64,000 bases of DNA from a bacterium (GTDB lineage Bacteria > Patescibacteriota > Minisyncoccia > Phycocordibacterales > UBA9973): NCBI GenBank assembly GCA_037130655.1, contig JBAXSP010000002.1, forward strand, positions 13,125 to 77,124. Direction: 5' to 3'. The translations under genes and the position numbers were made by a program. The notes beneath the pieces were generated by a model. It was not told the origin of the DNA and ran no database searches. It saw nothing but the letters and a program-made list of their open reading frames with translations. This document shows, one piece after another, positions 46,829 to 57,581 of the stretch. Within the stretch, counting starts at the first letter, position 1. The number at the start of each line of letters is the position of its first letter.

Positions 46829-48307
46829 TTATTCTTCACGCTTCATTATTGGGAAGAAGATTACGTCTCGGAGATTTTTTTGTTCAGTGAATAGCGCAAC
46901 CAGTCGATCAATCCCCATTCCGAATCCAGTCATTGGTGGCATACCATGCTCCATTGCGGTTAAGAACCGTTCATCAATTTCCATTGCTTCATCATCTCCT
47001 CCTTCTTTGGCTTTGGCTTGAGCTTCGAGCAATGCACGCTGGATAGTTGGATCAACAAGCTCTGCGTATTGATTAGTGATTTCTGCTCCAGCAATAATTA
47101 ATTGAGCAACACGGGCTGTTCCATCAGTATTTTGAATTGCCAACGGTTTCAAATCACTTGGATAATCAAGCACAAATGTTGGTTGAATCAAATTGAGACG
47201 AACTGACTTTTTGAAAATATGGTCGAGAAGATTTCCTTTGCCAGTTTTTTCTGCCTCAGTTTTATCCATACCGTATTCAATTGCCTTAGCCTTAATATCT
47301 TCGATCGATGCAGTGACTTCGATACCAGAACTTTGTTTGAGTAATTGATTGAATGGAATTCGTGGCCATTCTGCAGTGAAATCAATTTCGTGAGCGACAT
47401 CTTCTTTGTCATAAACAGTGAAAGTAGTTTTGCCGACAACATCAGTTGCTAGTTTCTTGAGCAGTGTTTCAGTCCAGTGCATATTCTCTTCGAGTGATGC
47501 ATAAGCCGCATACCATTCGATCATCGTAAACTCTTGGATGTGTGTCGGATCACTGCCTTCGTTTCGGAAATTTTTACCGATTTCATAGACTCGGTTGAAT
47601 CCTGCAGTAGTCAGAATCTTGTGATCAAGTTCAAGTGCAATACGAAGTACCATCGGCATCGCATAGTCATTGTGATAGGTTTCAAATACTTTTGCCATAG
47701 CCCCTCCTGCTTGGTTTTGGAGAATCGGTGTTTCAATTTCCATAAACTCTTTTTCATCAAAAAATGCACGAATTGCAGTGATGATCTTTGAACGAAGCAC
47801 AAAACGTTCTTTGACTTCTTTGTCCATCAAAATATCCAAATAGCGTTTGCGATATGATTCTTCGATATCTTTGATGCCGTGATATTTGTCTGGCAACTGA
47901 CGAAGTGCTTTGGTCAACATTTTCCAATCAGTTACGAGTAAACTTTGTGCACCACGTTCTGTAGTAAAAATAGTTCCAGTCACAGAAATAAAATCTGCAC
48001 CATCAACAGTGTCGACAAACAAATTCATCTTATCTTCTGCTAATGTATCTTTTTTGATGACCGCTTGAAATTCTCCAGTACCATCATTGAGCGGGACAAA
48101 CAAAATAGCACCTTGTCCGCGAACACCCATCACACGCCCAACAAGCGTCACTACTTCGGCACTATTTACCAATTCATCAAATTGCTCAAGTACTTGTGCA
48201 ATCGTATGTGTATACGAAACAGAAGAAGCATAAGCTTCCATTCCTGCTTCATTCAGCTTTTGTATTTTTGAGAGACGAACGTCTCGTAATTCTTCGATTG
48301 ATGCCAT
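46829..48307 (-). CDS. lysS: lysyl-tRNA synthetase, class II
   Basis: OB-fold N-domain plus class II motifs (FRNEGSDPTHIQEFTMIEWY; GFGMGIDRLVALFT). Confidence 0.9.
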   Translation of the reverse strand: MASIEELRDVRLSKIQKLNEAGMEAYASSVSYTHTIAQVLEQFDELVNSAEVVTLVGRVMGVRGQGAILFVPLNDGTGEFQAVIKKDTLAEDKMNLFVDTVDGADFISVTGTIFTTERGAQSLLVTDWKMLTKALRQLPDKYHGIKDIEESYRKRYLDILMDKEVKERFVLRSKIITAIRAFFDEKEFMEIETPILQNQAGGAMAKVFETYHNDYAMPMVLRIALELDHKILTTAGFNRVYEIGKNFRNEGSDPTHIQEFTMIEWYAAYASLEENMHWTETLLKKLATDVVGKTTFTVYDKEDVAHEIDFTAEWPRIPFNQLLKQSSGIEVTASIEDIKAKAIEYGMDKTEAEKTGKGNLLDHIFKKSVRLNLIQPTFVLDYPSDLKPLAIQNTDGTARVAQLIIAGAEITNQYAELVDPTIQRALLEAQAKAKEGGDDEAMEIDERFLTAMEHGMPPMTGFGMGIDRLVALFTEQKNLRDVIFFPIMKREE

Positions 48308-48308
48308 A

Positions 48309-48776
48309 TTAGTGTATAGATACTATTGTATACGACACATCACCTTTTGGTGTTGTGAGTACTGCAGTGTCGCCCACTTTTTTGCCGAACAAAATTGCAC
48401 CAAGTGGTGAATGGTGAGAAATTTTTCCATTCAAAATATCTGTTTCTTCTGCACCAACAATAGAGAATGTTTTTTCTTCAATATTATCTTTCTTAACAAC
48501 AACAGTCGCACCAACGCAAACACTGTCGCGTTTTGCATCTTCATCAACAAGAATACTCGTTTTGAGTACGTGATTGATGTATTTGATACGATCTTCATTT
48601 CGGCCTTGTTGTTCACGAGCGTCGTGATATTCAGCGTTTTCAGACAAATCACCAAGCGCTTTGGCACTTTCAAGCGCAGTCAAAATCTCTCGACGGCGAG
48701 GCCCTTCGAGGTATTCGAGTTCTTTTTCAAACTCAGCCTTACGGCTCTTGGTAATGTATTCTTTATTGGAATCCAT
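48309..48776 (-). CDS. greA: transcription elongation factor GreA
   Basis: GDLSENAEYHDAREQQ signature. Start at MDSNKEY, 6 nt after TATGAT. Confidence 0.85.
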   Translation of the reverse strand: MDSNKEYITKSRKAEFEKELEYLEGPRRREILTALESAKALGDLSENAEYHDAREQQGRNEDRIKYINHVLKTSILVDEDAKRDSVCVGATVVVKKDNIEEKTFSIVGAEETDILNGKISHHSPLGAILFGKKVGDTAVLTTPKGDVSYTIVSIH

Positions 48777-48824
48777 AGGGCAATCATAGCGTAATTTGAC
48801 ACAAAAGGTCAAATTATAAAAAGC

Positions 48825-50516
48825 TTATTTCAAGTATTCTGGTGTATTCATATTCATCCACTCAAGCGTATATTTCATCGCATGAGAAGCTGAAGTGTGG
48901 TCATCTGCCCGTCCTCGTTCCATCAATATAACAAATGCATATTTTGGATTCTCATAAGGGAAAAATCCAGTAATCCACGAGTTGACCTGACTCTTTGAAA
49001 TACCAACTTGGGCAGTTCCTGATTTCGCAGCAACTTCAATAAAAGGCAACTTGAGCGCACCTCCAGTACCATCAGTCACCACCATTCGCATTCCTTCCCG
49101 AACCACCTTATAATCTTTTTCATCTTTGATGGTGATTGCTGTTGAATCTTTTGTTGTGGCCATTTCTTTCAATACATGCGGATTGACCAATGTACCACCA
49201 TTTGCAATAGCAGCAACTGCACGAACCATTTCAATCGGAGTCACTTGAAATCCGTACTGCCCGATTGCGGTGTGATACGTGTCTCCGACTCGCCATGGAT
49301 CATTGGGGAACACTTTTTTCTTCCAATCAATACTTGGAATATTTCCAGCAAGTTCATTTGGTAAATCGATACCGGTTTTCTTGTTCAATCCAAATTCTTT
49401 GGTGTATTTTTCTATATTATTGATTCCCAATCCTTTTTGATCTTTGAATCCCCCACCAATCTCATAGAAATACACGTTTGAAGAAACAGCTAGCGCATGA
49501 CGCATGTCAACATATCCATGAGCTTTGTTGTCTTTGAAGATAGTATCGTTTCCAGGTGAATATTTGTTTTCAAGAACCAATTGACCAGTACTCAAAATTG
49601 TCTTTAGTGGATCAATGACATTTTCATGAAGTGCAGCAAGTGCCATATAGGGCTTCACAATAGAACCTGGAGTATAGATACCTGACACTACTCGATTGAT
49701 AAACACTCGTCTACTGTCAGAAATATAGGCAGCGATTTTTTCTTGATCATTCCCCAAAGACAATATTTCTCCGTTGTATTCGGGATAACTCGTCAGTGCC
49801 AAAATTTCCCCGGTATCAATATTCATAATAACCCCTCCGCCACCACGATATCCTGAAGCTTGTGCCAGATCCGCAATTCCTTTTTGTAGTCCCTCTTGCA
49901 CTTTTGCGTCAACAGTGAGAATCAAATCTTTTCCTCGCTCTGGATTATTAATCATTTGTTCAGAATGAATATTTCCTTTGACATCTTTTTCATATAATCG
50001 TGCGCCGTTTTTACCTTCGAGTAATTTGCCGTATGTTTTTTCTACCCCATCTTTTCCGATAAAGTTTTGTTGCCAAAAATTTCCAGCATCATCTTTTTGT
50101 GGATAGGCAACATATCCAAGTAAATGAGCAAATCCTGGTGTCTTAATATATTTACGAATAGCAAATGGATCGTCTTCTTTGAGTCGTTCGTTCCATGCAA
50201 GTTCTACCATGTTGCGATCATAAATAATTCCACGGTCGGCAAAAATAGCAGTTGATTGCAAACTATTTTTTTCACTCTTTGCAAAATATTCTTCACCTTT
50301 AATTATTTGCAAACTAAAAAGTTTTATACTAAAAATAACAACTACACAAGCAAAACAAACGAGTACTGCCATGATAGAAGTATAGTTAATTGGTTTTTCA
50401 AGACGTCCTTCAAATTGTTGTGTATTGAATTCTGGTAAATTTTTTGAATCCAAAAATATTTCATCCGGAGCAATTTCTTGATATGTTCTTTTTTTGAAAA
50501 ATGAAAAACGCATCAT
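48825..50516 (-). CDS. mrdA: penicillin-binding protein 2 (class B, elongasome-type)
   Basis: SIVKP, SSN and KSGTAQ motifs. The start overlaps (ATGA) the stop of an upstream small membrane-protein gene. Confidence 0.8.
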   Translation of the reverse strand: MMRFSFFKKRTYQEIAPDEIFLDSKNLPEFNTQQFEGRLEKPINYTSIMAVLVCFACVVVIFSIKLFSLQIIKGEEYFAKSEKNSLQSTAIFADRGIIYDRNMVELAWNERLKEDDPFAIRKYIKTPGFAHLLGYVAYPQKDDAGNFWQQNFIGKDGVEKTYGKLLEGKNGARLYEKDVKGNIHSEQMINNPERGKDLILTVDAKVQEGLQKGIADLAQASGYRGGGGVIMNIDTGEILALTSYPEYNGEILSLGNDQEKIAAYISDSRRVFINRVVSGIYTPGSIVKPYMALAALHENVIDPLKTILSTGQLVLENKYSPGNDTIFKDNKAHGYVDMRHALAVSSNVYFYEIGGGFKDQKGLGINNIEKYTKEFGLNKKTGIDLPNELAGNIPSIDWKKKVFPNDPWRVGDTYHTAIGQYGFQVTPIEMVRAVAAIANGGTLVNPHVLKEMATTKDSTAITIKDEKDYKVVREGMRMVVTDGTGGALKLPFIEVAAKSGTAQVGISKSQVNSWITGFFPYENPKYAFVILMERGRADDHTSASHAMKYTLEWMNMNTPEYLK

Positions 50517-50773
50517 AGAATTTTTGGAATACGAATTTGTGATCTAAAAAACAAAAAGAATAGAAAAAGGAATATACCAATAATTGAGTATTTCATAGAA
50601 ATCGCTGTATGAGCTCCCATGAGAATATCAGCCGAAAAACCGATACATAATCCGGCATACCACAACTCTTCCTGCAAAATAAATCCTGCTATATATAGCA
50701 GTCCAAAAATCCACCAAGGACCGGTAAATAGTGTCGCTATAAGAAGTATATAAAATATAACCTTTTTAAACAT
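50513..50773 (-). CDS. small membrane protein (MreD-like position), hypothetical
   Basis: 86 aa, 2-3 TM, translationally coupled to PBP2. Confidence 0.4.
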   Translation of the reverse strand: MFKKVIFYILLIATLFTGPWWIFGLLYIAGFILQEELWYAGLCIGFSADILMGAHTAISMKYSIIGIFLFLFFLFFRSQIRIPKIL

Positions 50774-50830
50774 TATGGAAAGATTATAACATGAATATAC
50801 CTGCTTGTTATTGATGAATAATTAGCAACA

Positions 50831-50866
50831 AAAAGCGGCGAAACCGAAGGTTTCGCCGCTTTTTGT
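50831..50866 (-). terminator. rho-independent terminator
   Basis: aaaagcggcgaaaccgaaggtttcgccgcttttt. Confidence 0.7.
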
Positions 50867-50872
50867 GTTCTA

Positions 50873-51745
50873 TTACTTTCTTCTACCTATAATAATTCTT
50901 AAAATGAGAATGATTATGAGACCTATCGCTCCGTAAAAAAAGAGTTTATTTGAAAACAAAAACAACAGTAAGCCGATACCATAATACTTCAAATATGCGA
51001 GTGGTTTTTTCAAACTATTTGAATCCTTAAGTTCTTGCACACTTGTTGCGTGTGAAAAATCTTTGAGCTTATTTTCATATACAGTCGCATCAGTCGAAGT
51101 TGCTCCGGTCATATCAACTGCATCCGGAATCGTATGCGCAACACTCCATAATTTTTTCATATCATCTGCAGTCAGCGGTACCCCCATATCAGCTTTTGCT
51201 TCAGCTTGTGCGCGCTCTAGTGAATCACTTGTTTTTGTTCGGAAAGAATCGAGTGAGTTGAGTGTATTTTCAAAAAGATTTTTTGCTGGATCATCAATTG
51301 ATGTACTTGATGCATTTACGGGAATGATTGGATTTTTGATAACAATCAAATCTTCACCGGTGGATGTGTCTTCAAGGACCGCTTGAATTTTCTTTCCAGT
51401 TGTGTCAGTCATTATGGAATTTGAAACTGATGCGGAAATTTTGTGAGTACCGCCGGTAACTTTCCAATCAACTGCAACATCTTTGGTTGTTTTTGCGTTA
51501 ACAGAAACTGAACGTTTTCCAATCAATACACCGCTATCAAAAAATGATACGGTTGTTGTGAGTGTGTTTACTGACCCATTCCAAAGCAATGTATAAATTT
51601 TGATTGTATCCCCTACCTGTGGCTCATCTTTGCTGTACCAAATATTTTTTTGAATAATCCCAACATTAGCAAAATCAACAGCTTGTGCAACTGAACATAG
51701 GAGCAAAAAACCAAATAATGAAATAAAAACTTTTTTACCTATCAT
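50873..51745 (-). CDS. secreted/membrane-anchored hypothetical protein
   Basis: Signal peptide, a beta-rich middle, a Thr/Ser-rich linker, and a C-terminal TM plus basic tail. Confidence 0.5.
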   Translation of the reverse strand: MIGKKVFISLFGFLLLCSVAQAVDFANVGIIQKNIWYSKDEPQVGDTIKIYTLLWNGSVNTLTTTVSFFDSGVLIGKRSVSVNAKTTKDVAVDWKVTGGTHKISASVSNSIMTDTTGKKIQAVLEDTSTGEDLIVIKNPIIPVNASSTSIDDPAKNLFENTLNSLDSFRTKTSDSLERAQAEAKADMGVPLTADDMKKLWSVAHTIPDAVDMTGATSTDATVYENKLKDFSHATSVQELKDSNSLKKPLAYLKYYGIGLLLFLFSNKLFFYGAIGLIIILILRIIIGRRK

Positions 51746-51760
51746 TACTTTAGTATATCA

Positions 51761-52405
51761 CTACGAAGCAAAAGTAAAGAAGCCCAAAAGCACTGCAACA
51801 AAATTGAGAATAATGTGTGTGATACTGATCAATATAATATTTGGACGATAGAGATACAGTGCAGCAAATCCAAGTCCTCCAGCAAATGCAAGTGGCAACA
51901 TAAGCGCAGGTTCTGGGTAGATAATATGAAGCAAAGTAAACAATGCTGCGTTTACCAAAACAACAGTCATTCTTGTCTCAAATAATTCTTTCAACTTTGG
52001 CATCAAAAACATTCGGTATAGAACCTCTTGTAATACAGACAATGGAATAAACAACAAAAGAAATTGTTCATTCTTCCACCAATTATCTTGTGGGCGAAAA
52101 CCAAATTCGCGAGCAAAATGAAGCAACCCCCATAAACCAATAGCCGTAAACATACAATACAAAATAATCGTACTTAAAGAATATCGCTTAAATAGGCCGA
52201 TCTTTGCACTATCCCATTTTTCACGAACCATAATAAAAACGGTAATGAGCGCAACAATGGCTAATAATTGTACGCGAAATTGTGCAGGAATAATATTTAG
52301 ATAAATCAACAACACCGGAAGTATGAATAAATAGACGATTTGCAAAAGTGCTTTGTCTTTTGTTTTTTGTTCGATTGGCATATGTTGTATGAGTATATCA
52401 TTCAA
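51761..52405 (-). CDS. CPBP family intramembrane metalloprotease (CAAX protease/Abi)
   Basis: Motifs LQEVLYRM (EExxxR), FTLLH (FxxxH) and HIILN (HxxxN) in TM helices. Confidence 0.7.
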   Translation of the reverse strand: MNDILIQHMPIEQKTKDKALLQIVYLFILPVLLIYLNIIPAQFRVQLLAIVALITVFIMVREKWDSAKIGLFKRYSLSTIILYCMFTAIGLWGLLHFAREFGFRPQDNWWKNEQFLLLFIPLSVLQEVLYRMFLMPKLKELFETRMTVVLVNAALFTLLHIIYPEPALMLPLAFAGGLGFAALYLYRPNIILISITHIILNFVAVLLGFFTFAS

Positions 52406-52469
52406 AAAGTATTTTTGACAAAAATATCAGCTATGCTACGATGAGCAAGGAATCAAGATATTTTAAATA

Positions 52470-52862
52470 ATGTTAGTAAAATCAATACACGAACCAGCAC
52501 TCGTAGGTGTTATTCTTTTTTTACTAGGGTTTCTTTTTTATAAGATATACCTAAAAATCAAAAATTTCAAAATTAATCGTATTGCAGAAAAAATTTGCAA
52601 TAAACTCAATGAAGGATTATCTGTTGAACTAGCGATTGCCGAAGTCACCAAAGATAGTAGAGCTTATTTTTATTGTGAAATAAAAACGAGCACAGAATAT
52701 GTAATTCATATTCATATTGATGGATTGGTAGAAGATACGAGTCATGATATTTATTTTGAAAAAGAAGAGTATCCGTTTGGAGAAAAAAAGGACAATGATT
52801 GGTTTTTCAAAAAACCAACAGTAACACTTCACAAAGAACATTATGACAAAATCACCACATAA
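52470..52862 (+). CDS. hypothetical membrane-anchored protein
   Basis: 130 aa with an N-terminal TM. Confidence 0.45.
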   Translation: MLVKSIHEPALVGVILFLLGFLFYKIYLKIKNFKINRIAEKICNKLNEGLSVELAIAEVTKDSRAYFYCEIKTSTEYVIHIHIDGLVEDTSHDIYFEKEEYPFGEKKDNDWFFKKPTVTLHKEHYDKITT

Positions 52863-52876
52863 CAGTGGTGATTTTT

Positions 52877-54544
52877 TTATAGACACAATCTCACTAAACG
52901 GATTGTTTCGTAATCATATTTGCCTTTCAATAATTCAAAGACTGGTTTGAGTGGACGTTGTCCACCATCTTGTGTACCGAGTTTATGAAAAGCCATTGCA
53001 ATCGTTTTGTATTTTGTCGCACCAAGATCTTTCATCAATCGTTTGAGGTAAAATGACGGATCTTCTTCTTTGAGTTTTTCCAAGTGATCAACAATCGTAC
53101 CGATAGTTACATCACGTTCTTTGGCGATTTCTTGTACCGTCATTCCCGCTTCAAATAATTCACGCGTAATTTGAGTGGTTGGTTTTTTGACGATTTTTTC
53201 TTTTTTGTTACTCGTGCGAGCAATGAAGTCGGTGTGGGCGCGCGAAATTTCGTCCTCTTTCAGAGACGAAATTTCGCGCGCCATATCCTCCGACTGTATC
53301 TTAAACTGCTCATCAAAATACACCACCTCATCGTGCATTATATATGCTTGCTCTGAAATACCAAGCAGGTGCACTCCATCTAATGTTCGAAGACGCGAAA
53401 GTGCCACATATCCCATCCCTGGTTCAAATACATCAGAGAGATCCATCACCGCTCGATCGAGTGACATCCCTTGACTTTTGTGTACCGTAATAGCCCATGC
53501 CAAACGAAGTGGATACTGCATAATTTCCGCTTTCTTTTTTCCGTCCTCATCAATAGACCAAGACTCTTGCGGAACAATCACAATGTCACCATTTCTTTTT
53601 TTGACATGAATTTCACTGGTCGACAAAAACACGACTTCTCCCTGAGTTCCATTGACGAATTCTTTGTCAAAATTATTTTTGACAAACATCACCTGTGCCC
53701 CAACCTTAAGCCGTAGAATTTCAGGAGCCAAACAACTTTTTTTCAACATCAAACAGAGATTCGGATTCCCCCGCTCCGTCATAATATATTCAACAAAATT
53801 AGTATCAATTTTGTTGAGCTCTCGTTCATTTTCTACATCAACATTGATATTTTTTGCGTACAATTTTGTTGTACCAACGACATCACTGTGTTCAACCATT
53901 CGCTCATGAAGCAATGCTTTAATGTCTCGGTCAACGCGACGATCACGCATTGCATTCAACACATCAAGCAACATATCATCAGCTTGTCGGTGTTGTTCGT
54001 GAATATAACAAATCGCCAAATCCAAATCTTTCCATGAACGACTATGGTACGCGAAACTTGTTTTCTCTTCTTCAAACAACTGAGAATCTGCATCATTGTT
54101 TCTCCGTGTAATCGGTGGTAATTGGAAAAAGTCTCCAGAAAAAATAACCTGCATTCCACCAAACGGCAAATCAACCCCTTTGACTCTTCGAACCACTCGA
54201 TCAATCAAATCAATTCGAAAATCATGCAACATTGAAATTTCATCAATGATCAACACTTGTGTTTCAAAAATTCGCTCTCGTAAATAGCGACGTTCGCACA
54301 ATGCATCGATATCATCTTCGTTCAAATAATCCTTGATACCGATACCACTCCACGCATGAATCGTAATTCCTCCCATATGAGTCGAGGCAATACCCGTTGA
54401 CGCAGTAATAGCAACTGGAATATGGTGCTCTTCCAGCCATTTGATATATTCGCGCAATACATACGTTTTACCAGCACCAGCGGCTCCGGTAATAAAAGCA
54501 CTTCTGCCGGTCTTCAAAATAGTGAGTGCTTCTGCTTGTGTCAT
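52877..54544 (-). CDS. Pif1/RecD-like SF1B DNA helicase with C-terminal HTH-like domain
   Basis: Walker A ITGAAGAGKTYVL, Walker B LIIDEISML, and SF1B motifs through ~aa 420. C-terminal ~100 aa are helix-turn-helix-like. Confidence 0.8.
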   Translation of the reverse strand: MTQAEALTILKTGRSAFITGAAGAGKTYVLREYIKWLEEHHIPVAITASTGIASTHMGGITIHAWSGIGIKDYLNEDDIDALCERRYLRERIFETQVLIIDEISMLHDFRIDLIDRVVRRVKGVDLPFGGMQVIFSGDFFQLPPITRRNNDADSQLFEEEKTSFAYHSRSWKDLDLAICYIHEQHRQADDMLLDVLNAMRDRRVDRDIKALLHERMVEHSDVVGTTKLYAKNINVDVENERELNKIDTNFVEYIMTERGNPNLCLMLKKSCLAPEILRLKVGAQVMFVKNNFDKEFVNGTQGEVVFLSTSEIHVKKRNGDIVIVPQESWSIDEDGKKKAEIMQYPLRLAWAITVHKSQGMSLDRAVMDLSDVFEPGMGYVALSRLRTLDGVHLLGISEQAYIMHDEVVYFDEQFKIQSEDMAREISSLKEDEISRAHTDFIARTSNKKEKIVKKPTTQITRELFEAGMTVQEIAKERDVTIGTIVDHLEKLKEEDPSFYLKRLMKDLGATKYKTIAMAFHKLGTQDGGQRPLKPVFELLKGKYDYETIRLVRLCL

Positions 54545-54564
54545 AGAGATATTGTAACAAACTG

Positions 54565-55749
54565 TTATGAATTAGCTGTATGATGCGAACTATGAATACT
54601 GCTGATTTTACTGATCAATGGAAAACATGCCAGCGTACAAAGTCCTGCAAGAATAAACGGCACATGGGCGTTTAGTGGATATACCACCGTCGCAATAAGT
54701 GGGCCTGCCACCATCGAAAGTGACATGATTGATGTCGCAATACCAATATACTCCCCTGTTTTTTCACGATTATAACTTGCAATCATATTCATAAACACAC
54801 TACGCAAGTTTCCTTGTCCAATAGTAGTGAAAATCAATCCAGCATAAAAGAATACTACTACCGGTGTTGCCGTGATAAAAATACCGAGTGAAAAAACAAT
54901 CAACATTATTTTTGCTAATTTTCGACTATTGTATTTGACCCAAACTTTTTTGAATAAAAAGATTTGATTGATAAGCAACACGATTCCAACAAATGCCATG
55001 ACGAGTCCGATTGTTTTTGGACTCATTGCAAAGACACGATACATATAGAGTGAGAACACTGATTGTTGCATTGCAATTGCAGTGCCGAACAAAAAGAAAA
55101 TTCCAAACAACATACGCATGTCTTTGTTTTTGAAACCATCAATAATCGGTTTGATTGGATTTGCGCTCACTTTACCAATACTACGTTTTTCTGTTTTGTG
55201 TGTTTCAGGCAAGAAGAAGTATGCAAGCACTGTGTTGATACTTGCAAGAATTCCAACGAACCAAAACGGTGCAGTGTGCCCAAGCGTTCCAATGAATCCA
55301 CCAAGCACCGGACCAATAATCAGACCAATACCGAACATCGCACCAATGTATCCCATATTTGTTGCGCGTTCTTTTTCATCTTTTGCAATATCAGCCAACG
55401 CACTTTGTGCAGAAGAAATATTTCCCGCAGCAAGCCCATCGATAATACGCCCGAGAAATAATGCAAAAATACTTTTTGCTCCAGCAAATACCAACCACCC
55501 AATCGCACTACTTGCAATACTCAAAATGAGCACTGGGCGTCGTCCATATTTGTCAGACAACGCACCAAGAAATGGCGCAGAGATAAATGAGAGTAGTGCA
55601 TACACAGTGAACAATATAGTAACCACTGCATCACTAACACCAAACGACTGCACATAAAATGGCAGTGTTGGAATAATTACTCCAATACCGATAATGTCGA
55701 TAAAGACGGTAAATAAGACGATCGCTTTGATTTTAGAAATTTTTTTCAT
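54565..55749 (-). CDS. MFS transporter
   Basis: 12 TM; MFS motif A GALSDKYGRRPVLILS. Confidence 0.8.
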   Translation of the reverse strand: MKKISKIKAIVLFTVFIDIIGIGVIIPTLPFYVQSFGVSDAVVTILFTVYALLSFISAPFLGALSDKYGRRPVLILSIASSAIGWLVFAGAKSIFALFLGRIIDGLAAGNISSAQSALADIAKDEKERATNMGYIGAMFGIGLIIGPVLGGFIGTLGHTAPFWFVGILASINTVLAYFFLPETHKTEKRSIGKVSANPIKPIIDGFKNKDMRMLFGIFFLFGTAIAMQQSVFSLYMYRVFAMSPKTIGLVMAFVGIVLLINQIFLFKKVWVKYNSRKLAKIMLIVFSLGIFITATPVVVFFYAGLIFTTIGQGNLRSVFMNMIASYNREKTGEYIGIATSIMSLSMVAGPLIATVVYPLNAHVPFILAGLCTLACFPLISKISSIHSSHHTANS

Positions 55750-55753
55750 AATT

Positions 55754-56857
55754 TTATTTTTTAACAAATGTTACAACAAGCACTTCACTTTGCGTACCGA
55801 TGCGTTGAGGCGGCCCCCAACTTCCAACACCACTCGTTGTATAAAACAATGTATCTTTTTCTTTTGAAGATCCATATGCATGTTTACCGTAGATCTTTTT
55901 GACTAGCAATGAGAACGGCCATGCTTGTCCATTGTGTGTGTGACCTGAGAATGCAAACGTACTTCCTGCATCAACAATACTAGCTATACCAATCGGAATA
56001 TGTTTGAGTACGATACTAGGCTTATTTTGTGAAAGTCCTGCGAGTCGTGATTGCGTCATCTTGGTATCGGTATCACTGCCAGTGTTGGTAGTATACGGGA
56101 CACCAACGATTTGCATTCCAGCAACTTGCATAATCCCTTCATTGTCCAAAATAGTGAATGATCCTTTTTGAAGTGCCGTGATACTTTTGAGTAAATCAGC
56201 ATATGTCTCATGATTTCCACTGACAAAATATTTTCCAAGCGGAGGAACGACAGTGTTGTATGGAGTAACAAATTGATCCATATTATCAATCGGCCCATCA
56301 AAGAAATCACCTGCCATAAAGATAGCGTCTGGAGCAAGTGACGCAATCAACCGTGCATCTTTCTCTGCTTTGTTTTTTGTATGAATGAATCCATAGTGTG
56401 TATCAGCAAAAAAGATTGCACGCTTTCCTTCCCATTGTGCCGGCAAATGTGCAACAGGTATTGTCTGATAGACGACTTTAGTATCGAGTCCATGATAGAC
56501 ACCGTACACATTGATGCAGACAGCGACGAACAACACAGCAACAGACCACCAAAGATTCCAAAACGGAATAATTTTCAAACACACCACACAAAGCACGGTT
56601 GCAAAAAATAACCACAAAATCATTCCGAGCCAAATCGCAGAAACAGTATAGATTGATGCAGTAATTTTGTTTTGAGCAACACGCAACAGTACCATGCTCA
56701 CCGTAAATGAAATTGAGAGCACAAAAAGCATCGCACCAAAGAAAACTTTGTGTCGTGCCAAAAAAGATACTTGCTCAGCCCAAAAACGAAACAAGACATA
56801 GTGAACAAACAGCAATACTGCTTGACTAATAGTTGCAACAATAACAAATCCTGCCAT
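55754..56857 (-). CDS. membrane-anchored metallophosphoesterase (calcineurin-like)
   Basis: 4 N-terminal TM, then the GDFFDGP, GNHE and GHTH phosphoesterase motifs. Confidence 0.75.
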   Translation of the reverse strand: MAGFVIVATISQAVLLFVHYVLFRFWAEQVSFLARHKVFFGAMLFVLSISFTVSMVLLRVAQNKITASIYTVSAIWLGMILWLFFATVLCVVCLKIIPFWNLWWSVAVLFVAVCINVYGVYHGLDTKVVYQTIPVAHLPAQWEGKRAIFFADTHYGFIHTKNKAEKDARLIASLAPDAIFMAGDFFDGPIDNMDQFVTPYNTVVPPLGKYFVSGNHETYADLLKSITALQKGSFTILDNEGIMQVAGMQIVGVPYTTNTGSDTDTKMTQSRLAGLSQNKPSIVLKHIPIGIASIVDAGSTFAFSGHTHNGQAWPFSLLVKKIYGKHAYGSSKEKDTLFYTTSGVGSWGPPQRIGTQSEVLVVTFVKK

Positions 56858-56862
56858 AGAAC

Positions 56863-57228
56863 TTAGAGAACGAGGAACAACATAATAATTGCTCCAAGTA
56901 GTGCAAGGTTCTTTTGGAATCCAATTGATTCGTTCATCTTGCGCATTGGATCAGTTGCCTTCCAAAATTGGTGCATCATAAATGTTGTTGGAATCAAAAA
57001 GAGTGCGAGTAACAACAATGCAATTTTCACATACACGAAGAATACTACCCCAAGACCTCCAAGCAACAACATGATTCCAGAAAGAACCACCATGAGCTTT
57101 GGGGACGGGATTCCTTTTGACTGTGCGTAACCAGCCATTCCTGCAAGATTCTTGAAATGTTTGTATCCTGACAAAACAAAAAATCCACCGAACAATACGC
57201 GCCCAATAATAAATAGTGTCATCATCAT
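56863..57228 (-). CDS. DoxX family membrane protein
   Basis: DoxX-like 4-TM protein. Start trimmed to MMMTLF to avoid overlapping the upstream gene. Confidence 0.65.
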   Translation of the reverse strand: MMMTLFIIGRVLFGGFFVLSGYKHFKNLAGMAGYAQSKGIPSPKLMVVLSGIMLLLGGLGVVFFVYVKIALLLLALFLIPTTFMMHQFWKATDPMRKMNESIGFQKNLALLGAIIMLFLVL

Positions 57229-57256
57229 AAAATAAATTGAATAAACTTGTATGGCT

Positions 57257-57532
57257 TTAGTATAGCACAGTCGTGCCATTGAATTTCACCCCTTCTTTTT
57301 TCAAAAGCGCAATTTTGGCCGATTCTCCACCTCGATTGTATTCACCAACATGCCTATCGCTTCTGATTACCCGATGACACGGGACAGTCAAATCATAATT
57401 ATTTTTCATCACTGTGCCGACAGCACGAGGTGCATTTGGACTATCGGCTTTTTCAGCAACCTCCTTGTAGGTAAGCACGTTGCCTTGTGGGATCTTGCGA
57501 ACAATAGCAAGTACTTTTTCTTTAAAATTCAT
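57257..57532 (-). CDS. methylated-DNA-protein-cysteine methyltransferase, stand-alone C-terminal domain
   Basis: 91 aa with the active-site PCHRV(I) motif; matches only the MGMT C-terminal (DNA-binding) domain. Confidence 0.7.
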   Translation of the reverse strand: MNFKEKVLAIVRKIPQGNVLTYKEVAEKADSPNAPRAVGTVMKNNYDLTVPCHRVIRSDRHVGEYNRGGESAKIALLKKEGVKFNGTTVLY

Positions 57533-57581
57533 AGGTCGATTATATAATAAAAATCCCCTTTCGGGGATTTTTATTGAAATA